Below are positions 25,034 to 28,397 of a DNA stretch of 28,397 nucleotides, piece after piece. Each line of letters opens with the position of its first letter. The first letter of the stretch is position 1. Both the position numbers and the translations under genes were made by a program. Location: IMG/VR virus record IMGVR_UViG_2663762992_000009; one strand, written 5' to 3'. The stretch comes from a virus. Taxonomy: Duplodnaviria; Heunggongvirae; Uroviricota; Caudoviricetes. The notes beneath the pieces were generated by a model. The model was not told the DNA's origin. It did not search any database and worked only from the letters and a program-made list of their open reading frames with translations.

Positions 25034-25258
25034 GTGGACGCATTATTACGATACGCAACAAACAGAATTATCGAACTGGAGACCATGCTGTTACCCGCAA
25101 TACCGGAAATCATCCTTCGGGATTACCGTGGCAAGAAGTACACCAAGGACAAGCAAATTACTAGCTGTGGTAATGCGGTACCACCGCAGTTAGCTGAGGC
25201 GCTGGTGAGAGCTAACCTGCCTGAAATGTGTGTACAGCGTGAGGATCAGGCTGCATGA
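25034..25258 (+). CDS. small ORF carrying a DNA cytosine-5 methyltransferase motif-X-like segment (possible methyltransferase remnant)
   Basis: GTG start with GGAGGA 4-5 nt upstream; segment KQITSCGNAVPPQLAEALV resembles the C-terminal motif X of C5 methyltransferases; 74 aa is far too short for a complete enzyme. Confidence 0.4.
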   Translation: MDALLRYATNRIIELETMLLPAIPEIILRDYRGKKYTKDKQITSCGNAVPPQLAEALVRANLPEMCVQREDQAA

Positions 25259-25608
25259 AAAAACATATCTGCATGTTTTGTGGTGAACCGGCCACGCTGC
25301 TCTGCGATGGGAATCTCGGCTTTCCTCCAAAAGATGACCGTGGCAGAGAATGCATTGACGCATTCCACCAATATACCTGCGATGCGCCCATGTGCAGAAA
25401 ATGTGGCACGCAGATGATGCGCATGTTCGTATCCGGGCGGAAACCTTATGCGGGGATCCACACAGTAGATCACTGCCCTATTTGTCTGCGTGATCTGCCA
25501 ACCTATCCAGCCCATGTGCGAAGGACATCTACTCGCAGGAGCAGGCAGAAGTTATCCGCGCTTCGCATTGGGCTGGTTACCAGAATGACCATACGAAACG
25601 GCTGGTAA
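25255..25608 (+). CDS. Cys-rich zinc-finger-like hypothetical protein
   Basis: 117 aa; CxxC pairs (CMFCGE, CRKCG, CPIC); start overlaps the upstream stop. Confidence 0.5.
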   Translation: MKKHICMFCGEPATLLCDGNLGFPPKDDRGRECIDAFHQYTCDAPMCRKCGTQMMRMFVSGRKPYAGIHTVDHCPICLRDLPTYPAHVRRTSTRRSRQKLSALRIGLVTRMTIRNGW

Positions 25609-25728
25609 CTGAAAAAGGAGCTGAGCTGCAATCCTTTGATTTCTGGACCTGATCATCGTTGTTCAACCCCGGCCATCAGCTATTACGTATAGTGCGCTGA
25701 TGGTCATAAAGTAAAAGAGACATGACCA

Positions 25729-25947
25729 ATGATTCAGCAAATCGTTTTTAATGAAGAATGGATGGTAGAAAAAAAACTACAGGATCGGACTGGTTTAAAT
25801 GACCGCCAGATTGAGAAATACAGGCAAAATTGCTGGATTGAAGGGGTTCATTTTAAAAGAGTATCTCCCTTAGGAAACCTCAGAAGTTCTCGCGGAACGA
25901 CCTGGTACAACTACCCCATGATTAACAAGTTTATTCAGGATTCCTAG
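25729..25947 (+). CDS. xis: excisionase-like protein
   Basis: 72-aa ORF immediately upstream of and nearly abutting the integrase gene; segment [27 protein letters not shown] is typical of putative excisionases of Rac/CP-933-type prophages. Confidence 0.65.
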   Translation: MIQQIVFNEEWMVEKKLQDRTGLNDRQIEKYRQNCWIEGVHFKRVSPLGNLRSSRGTTWYNYPMINKFIQDS

Positions 25948-25949
25948 CG

Positions 25950-27197
25950 ATGGCTGCTTTACCAACAGGTGTAGAAATCAGAGGTAGTAGCATCTGTATC
26001 TGGTTTATGTACAGAGGAAAACGTTGCCGCGAAACTCTCAGAGGATGGAGCATAACACCTGCTAATATCAGAAAAGCAGGTAATCTGCGCTCAATTATCG
26101 TCAGTGAAATCAACATGGGCGAGTTCGACTACCAGACTCGCTTCCCATCCTCCAAAAAAGCAATAAAAATTGTCACTACGGTTTCAGTCAGAACTCTAGG
26201 CGAACTCTGTGATCTGTGGCTGTCGATAAAAGAGACTGAACTGGCGGCTAACACCTTGCGCAAAACCAGCTCGCAGCTCGACACGCTGAAATTCATTATC
26301 AATAAAAACACGCCACTTTCGACGATTCGCCACAGCGACATTCTGAACTACCGCAACGAGCTGCTAAACGGAGAGACAAATTACCGAAACGCCACGAGAG
26401 GAAATAAAACCGGCCGTACCGCGCGCACGGTTGATAATTACATTTCCCTGCTCTGCTCCCTGCTCCGTTTTGCGCAGCACTCAGGGTTTATTAAGCACAA
26501 ACCTTTTGAGGGGGTTCGGAAGCTGCAAAAAGCCCGGATCAAACCGGACCCGCTCACAAAGCAGGAGTTTGCACAGTTGATGGAAGCAGAATACGGCCAG
26601 AGCCAGAATCTGTGGAAATTTGCAGTATATACGGGCCTTCGTCATGGTGAACTTGCTGCGCTGGCGTGGGAGGATGTGGATCTCGAGGCGGGAACAGTCA
26701 GCGTGTGCCGTAATCTGACCATTATCGGTACCTTCGGGCCGCCAAAGACAGATGCAGGCTACCGGACAATAAAGCTGCTGGAACCTGCGTTGGAAGCGTT
26801 GAAAGCACAGCGTGAACTTACCGCCCTCCAGCCAAAGTCAAAAATCGTTTTTAACCACCGTGAATATGGAAGGACAGAAACCCAGCGCGTGCACTTTGTT
26901 TTCATGCCAAGGATGCGTAAAGGCGAGCAAAAACCGTATTACAGCGTATCGAGCATCGGGCACCGTTGGAACGCTGCCGTAAAACGTGCTGGCATTCGTC
27001 GTCGGAATCCATATCACACACGGCATACTTTCGCCTGCTGGTTGTTATCCGCCGGTGCAAACCCGTCGTTTATCGCAAGTCAGATGGGACATGAAAATGC
27101 ACAAATGGTTTATGAAGTATATGCAACATGGATGGATGATATGAACAAAGATCAAATTGAACTAATTAATAGAAACTTACTAAACTCTTTATTTTAA
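25950..27197 (+). CDS. int: tyrosine site-specific integrase (lambda/Rac IntR-like)
   Basis: 415 aa; N-terminal arm-binding-like region (LPTGVEIRGSSICIWFMYRGKRCRETL); catalytic signature GLRHGELAAL ... HTRHTFACWLLSAGANPSFIASQMGH ... VY (R, H-x-x-R, Y). Confidence 0.9.
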   Translation: MAALPTGVEIRGSSICIWFMYRGKRCRETLRGWSITPANIRKAGNLRSIIVSEINMGEFDYQTRFPSSKKAIKIVTTVSVRTLGELCDLWLSIKETELAANTLRKTSSQLDTLKFIINKNTPLSTIRHSDILNYRNELLNGETNYRNATRGNKTGRTARTVDNYISLLCSLLRFAQHSGFIKHKPFEGVRKLQKARIKPDPLTKQEFAQLMEAEYGQSQNLWKFAVYTGLRHGELAALAWEDVDLEAGTVSVCRNLTIIGTFGPPKTDAGYRTIKLLEPALEALKAQRELTALQPKSKIVFNHREYGRTETQRVHFVFMPRMRKGEQKPYYSVSSIGHRWNAAVKRAGIRRRNPYHTRHTFACWLLSAGANPSFIASQMGHENAQMVYEVYATWMDDMNKDQIELINRNLLNSLF

Positions 27198-28397
27198 GAA
27201 AGATGATATAAACATCGTACAATTCAAAATCAGATTACTGAATGATAATGCCGACACTAAACCGAATATTTTATATAACGTGTTACATTGAGAATCCAAT
27301 GCATTCTCTTTTTTATTAAGCTCCGTCAACTCTAACTTTTTCAACTCATCACGCATTGTCCTAAAAAGAACACTATACTCTGACTGACATTCTTGCACCA
27401 ATACTTTTTGATAATTTGTAAGATAATATATGGTGAACGTCGTATATAAAGAAAGAACTATAGCTGCCATATTTAAAACCCACGAGTTTACATTATCAAA
27501 TTTCCCCATGGCAGCAAAACTGATTATTCCAGATATAGGAATGGCAAGTGACCTTGTAAGGGTGTCATACATTATGGAATTGAGTTTAGATAAATAATCC
27601 CTGAATTTCTCTTGGTACTCCTTTCTTATTTTTTCAAAACTAAACCCGACCGTAAACGAAAGGTAATTTTCTTGGAAAATCCGTGAGAACAATGTAAAGT
27701 CGGTTAAAATTTTTGAAAGTCGATCTTCTTTCTTTACTCTCCATAAAAAAGAGAACAATACGTTCTGTAGAATGTGTTTTTTCTCCTGTTCATGCAAGAG
27801 GTCAGAGAATAATTTTTCAAAACTTGAAAACCCATCAAATTCGTAAGCTAAATCTTCAAATTTATAGTTAAGATCTAAATACAATTTATTTTTTGATAAA
27901 AACAACAACTCTCTCCCGTTCTCCCCATCAGAACAATCTGTAAGTATTTTCCAAATTTTCGAAACTTGAAAATACCGTAATATTTCATTCCGGTTATAAT
28001 CATCAGGACAAATTGTGCATTTTCCTTCATTCGTAGTTGATGAAATTAAAATAAACCGATTACCAGCAAGAGGTCTATTTGCAACCAGCTCTTTTTCATC
28101 ATAAAAAACTTCGATCTGCCCTCTTAACCTGTCAAGGTTCATGCTGACAATAAAATATTTTACCCCTCCACTTTGCAGCATTGAGGGAGAATCGGACCAA
28201 GCGTGAAAATTACGTTTATAAATTTTAGAATTAAGTTCTACTTCATATTGAGGTTCCAGTAGGTATTGCTCACTACGTTTAAATGCGAGATCAAATACTT
28301 CCTGCTCAAATTGAAGTTCTAAAGTAAGAAAGCCATTATCGTATCCCATTATTTTGGATTTATTTAATATCTCCTTTATATTTTCAAAGCTTACCAT
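27189..28397 (-). CDS. AT-rich hypothetical protein with C-terminal TM helices, convergent with int (N-terminus at or beyond window edge)
   Basis: 402-codon ORF, strongly AT-rich; 3' end overlaps the int stop by 9 nt; C-terminal hydrophobic segments (AIPISGIISFAAMG, WVLNMAAIVLSLYTTFTIYYL, IFGLVSALSFSNLIL); ORF runs to the last base of the window. Confidence 0.7.
   Translation of the reverse strand: MVSFENIKEILNKSKIMGYDNGFLTLELQFEQEVFDLAFKRSEQYLLEPQYEVELNSKIYKRNFHAWSDSPSMLQSGGVKYFIVSMNLDRLRGQIEVFYDEKELVANRPLAGNRFILISSTTNEGKCTICPDDYNRNEILRYFQVSKIWKILTDCSDGENGRELLFLSKNKLYLDLNYKFEDLAYEFDGFSSFEKLFSDLLHEQEKKHILQNVLFSFLWRVKKEDRLSKILTDFTLFSRIFQENYLSFTVGFSFEKIRKEYQEKFRDYLSKLNSIMYDTLTRSLAIPISGIISFAAMGKFDNVNSWVLNMAAIVLSLYTTFTIYYLTNYQKVLVQECQSEYSVLFRTMRDELKKLELTELNKKENALDSQCNTLYKIFGLVSALSFSNLILNCTMFISSFLK

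Overview
This window is most of a lambdoid prophage of an enterobacterial host (about 50% GC core genes), with an HK97-like late region and a Rac/Gifsy-like early region. From left to right: the start of the head module on the minus strand (portal fragment, large and small terminase, HNH endonuclease); an AT-rich two-gene moron on the plus strand; a lambda-type lysis cassette (dual-start S-like holin, putative endolysin, Rz with embedded Rz1); a tRNA pair; a Q-to-lysis cargo region holding a DoxX-family membrane protein, three copies of a ~100-nt repeat and two copies of a terminator-bearing element; Q antiterminator; nin-region genes including an AT-rich polytopic membrane protein; replication genes (DUF1376 YdaU-like, DnaC-like loader); an immunity region (YdaT-like, Cro/YdaS-like, a short CI-like repressor with no autocleavage domain, operator repeats); then a plus-strand early-left operon with a RecE-like exonuclease, a putative annealing protein, small accessory genes, excisionase and tyrosine integrase. 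An AT-rich 402-codon gene converges on the integrase 3' end at the right edge. All calls rest on reading the ORF translations and the DNA by eye against remembered protein families; no database search or folding program was run. The best candidates for an undescribed system are three AT-rich cargo islands (4268-5418, 11416-13107, 27189-28397) and the repeat/tRNA-like array around the DoxX gene (7468-9500); none could be assigned a function from sequence alone.
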